Origin: Eledone cirrhosa
Taxonomy: Eukaryota
Assembly: GCA_964016885.1 (NCBI GenBank)
Contig: OZ024740.1
Coordinates: 284,394,001-284,458,000, forward strand
Direction of reading: 5' to 3'
Length of the DNA: 64,000 nucleotides
Positions 11,100 through 25,046 of the stretch are shown here, piece by piece. How positions within the stretch are numbered: position 1 is the stretch's first letter; each line of letters begins with the position of its first letter. Below the pieces are notes generated by a model. It was not told where the DNA came from, ran no database searches, and was given only the letters and a program-made list of their open reading frames with translations. The translations under genes were made by a program, and so were the position numbers.

Positions 11100-12936
11100 G
11101 CACAAATAATGTTTGTCCATTTGTATGGTTAAAGTTACACATAAAATGAGGTTACAAAATGAATGTGCCATTGTGGCAGGCCGGCAGGCCAAAGTGCAAA
11201 ATTACATGTTGTTCCTTCGAAGTTCAGTATTGCGAGAGGCTGATTCTTCAAATCAACGCGGGAATTTTTCCCTCAGGGCGCGTAGAGATACATTCTCTTC
11301 TACTGGCGCTGATTGGCTGAGCTGAGCCAAATCACACACAGAGAATGTATGTGAGCCCGTGGAATGTAGGTCACTACAATACTCCCCCTCTAGACATAAG
11401 ACGATACAGATTATTGAATCAGCAGGAAAAAATGCTGAAAGAGCACATCAGTGAAAAAAAAATAATTGAACAGAAGAATGCATGCAAGAAAAAAAATGAG
11501 GCGCCCTTAGGTCGTGTTGAGCCGCTGTGTCAAATGACTAGCTGTTTTGTAGTTTATACGTGACCACCAAAGGTCTAACAGAAAACGGATAAAGTCTGAC
11601 ATGGGCGAAGTAGCTGTTCTTGCATTAAATGTTAATGGTAAGTGTTGTACCAGTAGCTGTGGATGAAGCTATTATGGTAGTTTACCAGTGCTGGCAAGAA
11701 GATGATGGGTAGGCGAGAAAATATCGACCTTCCAGATGTATTGCCGAAAGTGCTAGGCAGCCAGGAAAAAATGGCTGGTTGCTTTGAAAAGAAAAAGCAA
11801 GTTGAATTTGTAGGTGGGTAGTAGTTGAAATGTAAATTCCATAATTCTGGCGAATCCACAGAAGTGGTGGAAATGCTGACAGGTCCAGTTCCATTTGTTG
11901 TTTTCCCAGTGAGTCGGGTAAGGTAACAAGATGGAGGTTTTTATGGACGATGAGTGTGCAACGAGATGCGAAGCTGTTTGAATCCAGCTGCAATTAGCAG
12001 TTCTCGTGTTGCGGTGCCTGTTTTAATCCAGGTGAATTAACCTCTATGAGTCGCTAGCATGTTTTGGTACCTCCACCAGGTGAAAAGGGATCTCGCAGAA
12101 TATTACGACGCTTGGAGATCATATACTATAGACAACAACATGTTGGTGGGTGACAAAGAAATGTGTGCATATGCAGGCATGTAATACAGCAAAGAAAATG
12201 TGTGTGCAGTCATATATACAATGATAAAGAAAATGATGCAGTCATATGTACAATGATAGAAAAAAATGAATTTTCATATAATACAGTTTTAAAAAAATAA
12301 ATGTCTAAACATTGCCTGAAAAAAAAAAGGAAGAAAGAAAGAATTGTTTCTTTTCTTTTAACAAAAAGTTCGCGTTTCTTTTCTTTGGGAAGCTAGTAGA
12401 ATTTTTGTTGTTGTTGTTGCTATCGAAGCGAAGTCGAACGTTGAAGAGCCGCAAGTCACCACGTGAGTTCGATGTTTGCTTGTTTGTATTGCAGGAAGCC
12501 GCACCGAAAGAAAAATGTTTCCGTGCCATAATTTTGAAAATACAGCTAATTTTTTCTTTCAAAGATGTTGTCGCAGGCGGGTTCATGAAAGTTAATCCAC
12601 GTGTTGTTCTTCTTAAAAAAAAAAACTACTTCCATTTTTTCTTTTTTTTAACGGTAGAGACGATAGAAGAGGTGAAAGCGTAGAAGTAAACAATATGATG
12701 TGTGGTGGTTTGAGTCGGTAAAAGCTATGAAGCTGCCACGTGGTTATTCGGTCGTCTATGGTCAGCGGTTAAGCAGTGTTGTCGCTGCTGCTAATGTATT
12801 TGGTAGTGGTGATAACCATGTGTTGCTGCTGATGGTTGGTAGTAGAGAAGTACTTGGTGGTAGCCATTTTGAAATTTCCTCGTGGCGTAAATTTTTTTTT
12901 TAAATTCAAAAGGAATATTTTGAACTGAAAATATTC

Positions 12937-12954
12937 ATCACGTCGGGGTCACCA
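12937..12954 (-). promoter_or_regulatory. Primer-binding site complementary to the 3' 18 nt of tRNA-Trp
   Basis: TGGTGACCCCGACGTGAT lies immediately inside the 5' LTR and matches the metazoan tRNA-Trp 3' end AUCACGUCGGGGUCACCA. Confidence 0.88.
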
Positions 12955-13067
12955 TTTTTAACAGCATAGTATATAAATGTTATTGGGACACGAGTAACAT
13001 AATAATGATGTTAACAGCAGAAATTAGAGATGAAATGTTTGTTTATTTTTGTTGTAGCACAAATAAT

Positions 13068-13660
13068 TGTTTCTACTTTAGGCACAAGGCCAGCAATTAT
13101 TCAGTGCATTACTGGTACTTTATTTTATCGACCCCGTAAGGATGAAAGGCAAAGTCAACCTCGGCGGGATTTGAACTCAGATCGTAAAGGGACGTAACTA
13201 TGCTGGAAAGCATGGCGTCCGACTTTCTACCGATACTGCCAATCCACCAATGTTTGTCAATTTGTATGGTTGAAGTTACACATAAAATGAGGTTACAAAA
13301 TGAATGTGCCATTGTGCCAGGCCCGATGCAGGCCGGCAGGCCAAATTACAAAATCTCACCGTTACATGTTGTTCCTTCGAAGTTCAGGATGCAAGAGGCT
13401 GATTCTTCAAATCAACGATTTTCCCTCAGCTGAGCTGAGCCAAATCACGCACAGAGAATGTATGTGAGCCCGCGGAATGTAGGTCACTACATAATTATTT
13501 CTACTTTTGGCACAAGGCCGACAATTATCCCAGTGTATTACTGGTTCTTTATTTTATCGACCTCGTAAGGATGAAAGGCAAAGTTAACCTCGGCATAAAG
13601 GGCCGTAACTCTTTGCTGCAAAGTATGGCGTCCGACCCTCTATCAATACTGCCAATCCAC
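13068..13660 (-). mobile_element. Two SINEs of the same family (13068-13248 inside the 5' LTR; ~13495-13660 adjacent to it)
   Basis: Same consensus as the SINE copies above. Confidence 0.88.
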
Positions 13661-14084
13661 TGCCCTTTTATATATATATATATCCACTGCCCTTTTATAT
13701 ATATAATGTGTTTGTGTGTATATTCATGCACACAGGCAGGGACACACATTTCCACAAACAACACACTTAACACCCACACATGCATCATAATATGCACCCC
13801 ACCTACACACATCCACCAGCTACACATTTGCACTCATCACTTCAACCCCCTCACACTTGCTCGCCAGACCACTTCACCATCCATCACTATTCCTCCTCCC
13901 ACCCTCTTTTTATTTTCTTTCTAATTTTATTTTTTAAATGTTTTTTTTTTCCTTTGCCTATTTCCTTTTTGTATTCTACCTTTTCTACACTCTGAACGGT
14001 GTTTTTCCTGATGAAGGGCGAATGCCCAATACTTTGATTGTGTAAGTCACTCTCTTTCTGTTAAGCGTGAAACTAATACGACTA

Positions 14085-14400
14085 TCTCGAGCATCTTGAA
14101 ACCAAACCAGACTTACTAGTGACAGTCATCACCGATGACGAGTCATGGATCTTCGAGTACAACCCGGAGGGGACCCGTTTTGAAGACGTGGACGACATCA
14201 AAAAGGCCATGATGACGGAACTGCAGAGGATCCTGGAAGAATCCTTCTAGGAATGCATGCAAGCGTGGCAGAAAGGGATAGAAAAGTGCATTAGACTCCA
14301 GAGGGATTACTTTGAAGGAGAAAACTCTTAGTGTGAAGTTTGGGTTTGAAATAAATCTTTTGTGACATCAGACCTGGAACTTTTCTGACACACCTCGTAT
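14085..14400 (+). mobile_element. Internally deleted mariner transposon remnant
   Basis: VITDDESWIFEYNPE fused to GTRFEDVDDIK..KCIRLQRDYFEG; right end ..ACACACCTCG-TA. Confidence 0.75.
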
Positions 14401-14402
14401 AT

Positions 14403-14996
14403 ATGTCTTGAGAAAGACACTTTATTTCACGTTGCTTCAGTTCACTCAGCTGTAGAAATTAGTTGCAATGTCACTAGTGCCAAGCTGTATCAGTCTTTGT
14501 CTTTCCCTTGGACAACATCGGTGGCATGGAGAGGGGAGACTGGTATGCATGGTCTTACACAAACAACCTTTCCAGGACTTGTGCCTCAGTGGGGAACTTT
14601 CTAGGTGCAAATCCCATGGTCATTCATGACCGAAATGGGTCTTTTCTCTTTACCCTATATCATCATTTCATTTTACGTCCACTTTTTCCCTGCTTGCAAG
14701 GGTGGGACGGGAACTGATTCTGGCTTTATTTCTACAGCTGGATGCCCTTCCTAACACCAACCTCATTTACAGTGAGTGCTGGATGCTTTTTTTTGCCGTG
14801 GCACCTCCACGACTACTTTGCAGTGGAATGATATGGACCTCAGTCCCTATCATCTCATTTCTACAGCTGAGTAAACTGGAGCAATGTGAAATAAAGTGTC
14901 TTGCTCAAGGAAACAACACATCACCCAGTCTGAGAATTGAACTCACAACCTTTCGATTGCAAGGCCAATGCTCTAACCACTAAGCCATGTGCCTCC
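14403..14996. mobile_element. Second tRNA-derived SINE family (14403-14655 +; head on - strand at ~14850-14996), mixed with an RTE 3' UTR piece
   Basis: GGAGGCACATGGCTTAGTGG..GAGTTCAATTC head; shared CTTGAGCAAGACACTTTATTTCAC segment. Confidence 0.65.
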
Positions 14997-15011
14997 ATAT
15001 ATATATATAAT

Positions 15012-15469
15012 TAATAATAATAATAATGAAATTATTGTGTACAGTGCTCAGGTGCACTACAACTCATCAAAGGTGCATGTATAGTACATAGAATAATATA
15101 CAAATGTCAGGGAAGTGAATAGTGTATGAGTCATGATATACATGTGTGCGTGTGTATGGAGGGGGAATATTAGGTGTAGTGTTGGCGAATCACAGGAAGC
15201 ATGGAGATTTTAAAGGATGCAGTGTCTCGACAGCTAACAAGTGATGCAGGGAGTTTGTTCCATGCTTCAGCAACTCTGAACGTGAAAAAATGTTTCCGAA
15301 AGTCATGGCAGCTGTGCTGTTTTCTGACTTTGTAGGCATGCCCACGTGTGTTAGACACATGGAAATCAAAAAGGTACTCAGAGTTGTTGTTGGCGAGATG
15401 GTTAATAATTTTGTGGGTGTTTACCAAGTCAGTTGCCAGACGTCGGAGCTTCAATGTATCCATGCCCAT
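15012..15469 (-). mobile_element. CR1-clade LINE 3' fragment with (ATT)n tail
   Basis: TRGHAYKV..RKHFFTFRVAEAWNKLP. Confidence 0.88.
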
Positions 15470-15830
15470 ATATCATCATCATCATCGTTTAAAGTCTATC
15501 TTCCACGCTAGCATAGGTTAGACGGAAATTGTTCCACTTGAGGCAAGATTGATCGGGTGACCGTGCCTCGCTCATATAGGACTATCTGGCAGGTTTTCTA
15601 AGACTGGATACCCTTCCTAACACCAACCACATTTACAGTATGGACTGGGTGTTTTTTTTTGTCGTGACACCTACACGACCTGTTTAGTTTGGACTGGATG
15701 TTGTGGTAACAACATAACTTTACAGAGAAAGGGTGGTATTGGTGGGAGTGAAAGGATGGAGTAGGGGTAGTGATGGGGTGTATATTTGGTTAAGAGGTGC
15801 CTACTGACTGTAGATTAACTTTGTATGTAG
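15470..15830 (-). mobile_element. RTE-family 3' UTR fragment
   Basis: (GAT)n tail, CATGCTAGCGTGGAAGA and GGTTGGTGTTAGGAAGGG motifs. Confidence 0.7.
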
Positions 15831-16099
15831 GGAAGGTGGATATATATATTTAAAAAAAAAAAGAAAATAAACAATTGTCAAATTGGACCAAGGAAGCAAC
15901 TCCTGGCAGAAAGAGGCAAAATTTAAACTCAGAATTCACAGGGACAGATCAGGTAACATAAATCATCCTGTCTTGTTCTAACAACTCTGTCAATCCTGGG
16001 ACAAGTATTTTATCAACTTCAAGAGGATGAAAAGCAAAATTGACCCTTGTGAGATTTTAACTCAGCATGCAGAGACAGAAAACATTCCAGTGTTCTCTA

Positions 16100-16131
<32 letters not shown>

Positions 16132-16452
16132 TTGGAAATACCAATGAAAGAAAAAAGGTACTTAGTAAATTTTAATCATTTATTCAAAACCTCAGCTTTC
16201 TTCTCTTATAATGGACAATGGAATCAATCTTAGCTTCAAATAAATTACTGTGTATGCATGCATATGCGTCATCATCATCATCATCATCATAATAATTTAA
16301 TATCTGTTTTCCCTACTAGCAAGAACTGGAGGGTCTTTACAAATTGAGTCAGTACTTAAATGGAGCTACTGACCTTTCAAATGCACGAGGAGTCTGCATC
16401 TCACTTACATATAATCCTGTTGTCTAGCAAGTGCATTTCATTATGACAGCAA

Positions 16453-16618
16453 GGGCTGTAACGCCATGCTTTGATGCATTGAGTTACGACCCTTGCCATT
16501 CTGAGTTCAAATCCCACCGAGGTTAACTTTGCCTTTCATCCTTACGGGGTCGATAAAATAAAGTACCAGTAATATACTGGGGTAATAGCTGGCCTTGTGC
16601 CAAAAGTAGAAACAATTA
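16453..16618 (+). mobile_element. tRNA-derived SINE
   Basis: GAGTTCAAATCCC..GCCTTTCATCCTTACGGGGTCGATAAAATAAAGTACCAG. Confidence 0.85.
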
Positions 16619-18957
16619 TGACAGCAACACTAGGAAGGTTATGTCAGTGACACAGCTGAAGGGTCCTCGTGACCCTTTGTTTGGCAAGCTTTCTATAGCT
16701 GGATGCCCATCCTAACACCAACTACTTTACAGCATCTACTGGATGCATTTATTATGTAAATCACCAGCACTAGAGAGGTTGTGGTGCCATTGACACAACT
16801 GAAGAGTGCTTTTGACCCTTTTTGACATGGTCTCAATGGTAGGGTGCCCTTCCTATCACCAACCATTTTACAGGATGTACTGGGTGCATTTTTGTAACAC
16901 AAGCATGAAAGGTTGTCAGTCATTGTCTCAACTGAAGAGTTCTCCCTGCCCTATTGGAGATAGTGGAAAAGGAAGATGTATGAATGTTATGGATGTATGA
17001 CAAAAGTGATGGGATTCAACAGGATAATTAGTAAGGGGGAAGGAGTGACCTACAATAGTGTGGAGTGGGGATATTCACTGGTATATCAGGTTTTTTTTTT
17101 GTGGTGGGGAGTTATTAATATGTGCACGAGTATACATTTACCTATGTGTAGAGTTGTGAGATGCTATGAAACTCATCCAACTAGACGAAAATGAGGGAAA
17201 AAACAGTGATGTACATGAGATGCTACTAAGACTGTTAGCTCTTGATTTCAGTGTCAAGAAGCATCACTTAGGGATAAAGGAATTACAAGAAAAATAAAAC
17301 AAGGTGACCAACAAGATATGATAAAATCAACACTTAGTCAGGACTATACAAGCTGCTTCAGATGCTTATTTAAATAGATCTTTATTGTTTTAGTATCGCT
17401 ACAAAATGTATGTTAAAACACTGTCTTTTTTATAAAACATGTGTTGGGTATATAAAATATATTCATTTGAAAACACATAAGAAAACAGACATAAAATGTT
17501 GATGATGATAATGATGTATGCAGTTGTATATAAATCTACATATAAACACATACATACACTTATACACACACACATATATCTATGCTTAAAGGTTTACTAA
17601 ATAAAATGTACACATACACCTACATATACAAACAAATGGTATCAATAAAAAAATCTATGAATTTACTTAATGGCCTTGAACCATTGATTCTTTTCAAACT
17701 AAACCATCTGTGGTGTCAATTGGAAAAAAATAGATATAAACATCTGAAGTTAATAGATAAACAGCCTTAAGTTTTACATACTGTAAAAAAAATATTTAAA
17801 ACTTAATTAGCTTACTGTTAATGTGTAAATGTCTTCTGTACATCCGTGTTTTCTGTGCATAATCTACCTAAAGCAATTACAAATACAAATTATCGAGATA
17901 TTTGGATGTATTCAAAAAATGAGCCATGAAGAAGTGTCCATGCTGATATTATAATGCATACAAACATCTTTGTTTAACTATTTTTAAAAAGTGTACCTAC
18001 TTCTATGCTGTTATTCATTACATCAATAAACTTCTGTTTTTATATGAATTTTTATTTTATTCCCTAAAATTCCTCTAATTCATTATTCTCTCTATATTAG
18101 CAATGGCTCCTCCTTTTTTAAGATGGATTTTTCAAACACACTTCCTGATACAGTTGTTTCCAAACTGAGTTATTTCCTGGCTTCTGTTTGTTATCTACAT
18201 TGTTAAAGACCACATTTCCTAAGCAAGGATTTAAGGGATTTAGAAACAGCTATATATGACAAGATTTTTATCATGTCAATTATAAGTAGTATATTTACTT
18301 AATTTTATTTATTAACACAGCAGGGTAACATTGATTTTACAGTAGAACACTGGAGTTGGTAGCTTTGTGGAAATATTTGCATTTCTGAAAGTGAATGTCG
18401 TATGTCCAATGACTTGACTATCATCTTTACACTTTGTATTTCAAATACAGTTGTTCTTATAGTATCTTGGGTATTTGAACTCTAACCTGCTACTGGTACA
18501 ACATTGTGACTATAGCCAAGACACTGGTTTAGTCTGTTCAGTTGTGAATAAGCAAAACTCATGACTATAATGAATACTGAGCTCAAGCTTGAAGACAGCA
18601 ATATGATGTTATCCCACTACTCAGTAACCTTCATCAACCTTACTATTGTGTCTCTTTATAGTTTTGACTATGGGCTACATGTAACACCTGATGCGCAACA
18701 ATCCTTCTTTACTTAAACCCATCCTGTACAGTCAAATAAATGTATTACTCAATTCTAAGGAATTCCACAATGGTGGTACTATCTTCTAACTAGGATACTT
18801 TCTAATGCCAAATTCCTTCCTATGTATGTTTTGAAGACTAAGATTGACCTTATGAAACTTTGTAACAGAATTTCAATGCATAAAATAAGATTTTGTGAAT
18901 TTAAGTCTCTATTTTGCTTTCCTCAGCACTGCCATCACTGAAACCTATGTGTTTGTA

Positions 18958-20152
18958 TTATAATAATAATAATGAAATATCGTGTACAGTGCTCAGGTTC
19001 ACTACAACTCATCAAAAAGTGTATGTATAGTACATAGGGTAATGTACAAACGTCAGGAAAATGAACAGTGCATGAGTCATGATATACACATGTGTGCATG
19101 TGTATGGAAGGAGGACATCAGGTGTAGTTTTGGTGTATTTCGGGAAGCATGAGTGTCTTAAAGGATGCAATGTCTTGGCAGCTAACAACTGACGCAGGCA
19201 GTTTGTTCCATGCTTCAGCAACTCTGAACGTGAAAAAATGTTTACAAAAGTCATGGGAGCTGTGCTGTTTTCTGATTTTGTAGGCATGTCCACGTGTGTT
19301 AGACACATGGAGATCAAAAAGATGCTCATGGTTGTTGTTGGCGAGATGGTTAATAACTTTGTGGGTGTTTACCAAGTCCATTGCCAGACGTTGGAGCTTC
19401 AATGAATCCATGCCCAGAGAAGCAAGGTGTTCAGAGTATGGTAGGTGTCTGATGGAGGGTATGCGCTTGGTTGTACGTCTCTGAACAGTTTCCAGGAGGT
19501 CAATGTTCTGAGCAAGATAGGGGTTCCAGACTGATGATGCGAATTCTAAGTGTGGTCGTACCATAGCTGCATACAGTTTTAAATAGATGGCTGGAGAGCG
19601 GCTAACAAAGGTCTTGCTGAGTGATGCCAAGACATCCTCGGCCTTCTTGACAATCTTAGAGACATGCTTTGTCCAACGCAAATCGTTGCTGACAGTAATG
19701 CCCAGGTCACGTTCACAAGAGGACTTCTTGATATCAGTGTTGTGGAGGGAGTATGTGGACGCTGGATTTTTCCTCCCAAAATGCATGGTGGTACACTTGT
19801 CCACAGCCAGCTTTAGTTGCCAGTCTGTGATCCATTGCTGCATTGTGTCCAGGTCTGATTGTAGGAAAGAGTTGTAGATTTCAGGATCAGTCCTTTTGAT
19901 TTCAAGGTACAGCTTGATGTCATCTGCATATTTCAGTACCGTGGCATTCTGTAAGTTGGCATCTATGTCATTAATATATGCCACAAACAAAAGGGGACCA
20001 AGAACAGATCCCTGTGGTACACCAGATGACATCTCATATGGTGAAGAATGCTGTCCTAGAACCGTGACTACCTCTTTTCGGCTGAGAATGAAAGATTTCA
20101 ACCAGTCGAAAAGATCTTCCCTCACACCCATTGCAGAGAGTTTTGCCATAAG
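18958..20152 (-). mobile_element. CR1-clade LINE, 5'-truncated, with RT C-terminal ORF 19118-20149
   Basis: GVPQGSVLGPLLF, KYADD, VRPHLEFASSVWNP, TRGH. Confidence 0.93.
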
Positions 20153-20980
20153 TCTTTTATTCTATAAAGTCTACTAAATCTCACAAGGCTTTCTTTGTTT
20201 GTCCTTCCATTTAATAACTCTTCTAAGCTGCTGTGTAACAGTGTGCCCTCCAATAATAATGCGACCATTATGCAGAATCACTAGGAGACAGATACATAGG
20301 CAATCACAATTTCTTGCACCCAGCTGTTATTAAGGGCTCTATAATCTATTTCAAAGCTGTGTCCCAATCAGGGTCATCACTATGCCTAAACTACTTTGTT
20401 TGTGACCAGACCTCTTGTAAGGTGGTGCGTTGGCAATTTTGTTTGGTCATTGAAAGCTGGGGTGAAAATACAGTTATGTGCCTTGGAAAGAATGCAGACT
20501 TTTATCTCACTCTTTATTATTTCACGTTTACTGCAATGTATAGCAACAGAGATCATAAGCACAAAGCTCTTAGCCAAACAAATTGATATCTTATCCATAC
20601 ACGTCACAGCTTGCAATTATTGTATTACATTGTAGAGGTGCAAACATCTTTTTCTTGCAACAAAACACCATAGACCTAAATGTCACGTAAACAGAAAAAC
20701 CAAAGTAAGCTGTGGCTATCAGTACAATTGTATTTTATATCACTTAAATTTTCACTACTGCACATTTCTTCACAACAAATATTACAAAGTTGCTACAAAG
20801 AGAATTTCCAGTTTACTATGCAATTAGTCTCAGATATGCCTCTATTGAAACTATATATAGTTACTTACCATCCATGTTGCAGTCAAATTTCTACACCATA
20901 TCAAAAATACACTTTATTTTTATTTATTATTATTATTAAGTGTTGTACAGAGATCAAATTTGGAAACACATAGTTATAAA

Positions 20981-21141
20981 CAGTGCCAGATTTAGGACAA
21001 ATGAGGCCCTGTGCTAGTTAAGTTATAAGGTCCCTTATTTGGGCCCTGAATGAGGTAAGAAATTTGGTGGGGAAGGAAGATGGACCTGCTTAACCAACTT
21101 GTGTTTAAGCACATCTAAGCACAATGGTAAATCCAGCACTA
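20981..21141. mobile_element. hAT-type MITE
   Basis: Imperfect TIRs CAGTGCCAGATTTA / TAAATCCAGCACTA; 8-bp TSD GTTATAAA at 20973-20980 and 21142-21149. Confidence 0.7.
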
Positions 21142-22699
21142 GTTATAAAGTGAACTCCTTGACCATACAGCCATACCTACACTCATGAATGACACATATT
21201 TAATTTCAATAGTAGTCAATGATCCATCAATATGTTTATATCTCTGAAACTCTTAAGGACCAAAACATTTGCTTAAGTGGGGTTTCTTCTCTTAAGACCT
21301 GCTGCTGCTCTGTTCTCCTGAGAGTTTCTTAGCACTGAAGCCATGGAGAGTAATGTATTAAAAATCTCTTATAGCGAACCGTAAACTAAAACATTTATTC
21401 TAAAGTTAAGTTTATATTTACACCCTTTTGTTTCTGTTTCATTGACTATTACTTTCTTTTTTCTGAGTTAGATCAATGTTATCATTAAAAGCTCATGTTG
21501 AAACATCAATTAGATTTCTTCATGACCTTCCTTTTTATATTTTTAACCATAACTCCATAGATTATGCAAATGTGTGTTTTTGATTGAGTGAGTTTATTCC
21601 ATTTGGCAATCAATGTTATGAAGAGAGGGAGTTTACAAATTTGATTTCTTTTGTTTGCATTTCTAGCCATTATATTTATGGAATACTGCCAATGAATTTT
21701 GAAAAACATTTTCTTCCTTTCCTTCTTTGTTATCATCATTGTGTCTATGCATCCTCCCTTTCAAACAATACTGGACAGAATCCAATTTAAAGCTGCCCAT
21801 TTTATCAGGCAATATGTTGTGAGCAATTTATTATGTGACCTATATTTTTCAAATTGTCAGGTACAATCTGTAGTGTTTGTTTCTTTTTTCTCTTATGAAT
21901 ACATTCTCATTTAAAAAGCCTTTTAGAGCAGGTTTCTAATCTTTAATTAAAATTTAAAATATCAAAACACTTCTTTCTTTCTATGTTTCTTAAATTCCCA
22001 AAGTATTCCATTTTGTTAAGCAACAATAAACATTATTTATACACATCACTGTAAATTAAGTTTGCATTATGAAGGGCATCCAGCTGTAGAAACCAAGCCA
22101 AAATCAGTTCTGTATGAGCAAGACATGGTCACCTGATCTAACATTACCCACAACAGAATAAAACATCTAACTCATGCCAGCATGGTAGAATGGATGCAAA
22201 ACGATAATGATGATGATCAATATATAACTAATGTTAACCTAGCTGTGGTTAACATTGTGGTCTAGAGATAAACAGAATTCATAAAGTTAATTTTGAGCCA
22301 CAATTATAACCATTTCACTTAAATGTCATTTCCACACTTCTATAACTCAACTTTGCTTTCTATGAAAGAAATCAATATGTTACTTATCTGAATTTAAGTT
22401 GTTCTACAAAAGTTCTCAACTAAGAGAAAGTCTACAATGTCACTTAAATGATATGCTGAAATGAATTAATGGAAATGAACAGATAATTATATATTTTTTT
22501 TAAACTGAAACAAAATTACTGGATGGAGAGGGGGACATGGCTCTTTTTTATTTGGGTGTGTGTATGTGGGGGGTGGGGGTGCTCTGTTTCTCTTCTAAGA
22601 ACTATTGACTGGTAAGTTAAATATTAGCAAGGTTTAACCTCATATAATTTGTGGTATTTTAGAATTTTATTCTGTTTAGCTATAGATGCAATGCCCCTC

Positions 22700-24100
22700 A
22701 CCTTTGTTGCAGCATCCAGGATGTGGGAAGGAACAAAAGAGCTGCTAACTGTGGCATTCCAAATGAGATATCTATCTCATAACCAAGAGCAGAGTAAGGT
22801 CATCTGGCCTCTTCCCATCAACCATAGACAATTCAGCTGGCTCTAAACTGGGGGGATATTGACTCAAGCCAGGGCCCACTTGACAATTAGGTTCAGCTCA
22901 ATATGCCGAGTGAAGCAGCCTGCATTCAGACAGCATGACAATCCATGTTAAACCTATGGAATCAAGGGGCCTACCTCAGTGATATTTCAATCCCCCACAG
23001 TCATTGGCTCCAATTTTGAGTGCAATAGAGACATGGATCTCATCAAGACTGATGTGGCTACAGGTAAAACATCAACCCAGTGCACCAAGAATTTGGCATT
23101 TGCAAAAGTAAGCAGCACCATGAGTATTGATCAGATTGATGAAAGAGAGTGTTAAAAGTGTCTCTTGAACATAAGTTGTCTCAGACTCTCTGCTTCAATC
23201 TATCTTGTTCTGCATCAGAAACTGACAAATCAAGCTCCTGCCACTATAGTAGGGCTTCATCCACCTCCCTGTTGGAGCTAGTCTATGTTGGAAAAGAACA
23301 GATGTTACCCACCAGACGAGAGCAAGCATGGATGGAAGAAATGAAGTATGGAAGAAACAGAGATGAACATTTCCAGACACCAATGAAACCTGGTCATGGG
23401 ACTCTAGAGAAAGTCTGATATTGATTAAGCATTCAATTTTCCTAAAGATTAGGTTGTCAAAGCATTACAGAGATGAAAAGAATCTATATGAGGGACTCAC
23501 TTTGAACATATACAATAACTTGGGAATCGATAGGCAATTCCTAAGTATTAAAAAATTCTTGATGGAGCTCAATTACATCAGTGTTTTGGAGTAATTGCCT
23601 AAGGTTTGCCAGCTGGGAAAGAAAGGTAAGCTCAAAAGCTAGGTCAGTAATTGAAGGGGGTCAACTGTCAACTAATGTTGTGAAACCAAGTGACTGAAGA
23701 TCCAGAGCTCACATTTGAAACTGTTGACATTAAATCCCCTATGACCAAGTTCCTCAATCATTGTCTTCACAGTAGCAATGACCTCATCTAGGGGTCTCCC
23801 CCACCCAAATGTATATCATCAAAATGCCAGACATTCAAATCCAGGTCAGTCTCTTTCTTAATAATGTCATCAGTGCAAGTGAGGCAAACCCAAGTAAGTC
23901 ACTTTGTTGGAGTCATGAGACAGACAGGATTAATTGGTCACCAAAGGAAAGATAGGAGGGTTCCCATTAAGCCAGCCAAGCAAAGTGGTAGAGCTCTGGA
24001 ACCCTCTCCTTTACTGAGCTAAGGGTGACATCACGACTGATCGAATTGAATGCATTCCTGAAATAGAGTTTGAGGACAACCTTGGAGATCTCAGAAGACA
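22700..24100 (-). mobile_element. Heavily decayed CRE-clade (RLE) non-LTR retrotransposon
   Basis: Minus-strand remnants LNVWHFDDIHLGG (cf. WYLDDG) at ~23800-23840 and DGKRPDDLTL..LIWNATV at ~22745-22822. Confidence 0.55.
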
Positions 24101-25046
24101 AATTAGTGAAAGTTCTCATGACATTGGCAGCTGGCTCACACTTGAGTTTGGTGTCTTACCTCTAGCTGAATATGAAAAACAAATTAGAAGAAAATACTAA
24201 TTATGTAATAAATTTAAAATAGTAATAATACGTCTTCATAGAATTTTTTAGAAATTGTATTAAGATTGTTTTTAATATAAAGTAATATAAGGTAATACAG
24301 AATTTAGAATCTGTTGTATGTCTAATGTTAAGTGTGAACGTCTTCCCTCACTTTTTGTTAGTTTTTCTGATAATTTTTCTTTTATAAATTGTATTAATAA
24401 TATAAATTGTGCTTCTATTCTCCATTAGACAGTCAACATATTTCTAATTTGGGGGTGAGAAAGTTAATTATATTGACCCCAGTTCTCTACTGGTTCTTTA
24501 TTTCATCAACCCCAGAAGGTAAAGTTGACCTTGGTGGGATTTGAACTAGTGCTACTTTATATTATAAACAATCTTAAGTTAATACAATTTTTTTTTTAAA
24601 ATCTACCTAGAATTATCGTCTTGCTTAAAGTAAAGGTTGTCAAAAAGAAATATTTGCATATATATTTTAATTCATATTTTAATTGCAAAAGAGGAAAAAA
24701 AATACAAACACTTCTTAATCATTTAATTGTAAACTTTTCTAGTACAATTTTAGATTTTGTAGAAAAAACTTTGACACATACATCATATCTTACTTTTGGA
24801 GGGTTGTTCTGCTATATTATACATATATATTATCTCAGAGATTTGTCCCAGCGGTCCATTCAGTTTACTATATCCCGGATAATCCCACCTTCGGGGAGGG
24901 AGACAATGCATAAACTACTAGCAAAAAATTAACAGGAAATATTAAAGTTTACATAAAGTTCTGACTTGGTGTTGACAAAAAAAAAAATTGTATATATTGT
25001 TATTGTGAATTCATTTTGTATGGTCGTCTGCACCAAAATTGAGGCG

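Larger units (their letters stand above)
10451..13491 (-). mobile_element. Non-autonomous LTR (Gypsy-type) element: 5' LTR ~12956-13491, 3' LTR ~10451-11378 (SINE-interrupted), ~1.55-kb degenerate internal region
   Basis: Direct repeats begin TGTAGTGA on the - strand. PBS at 12937-12954; PPT AGAGGGGGAG at ~11382-11392 just before the 3' LTR; possible TAAT TSD. Confidence 0.85.
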
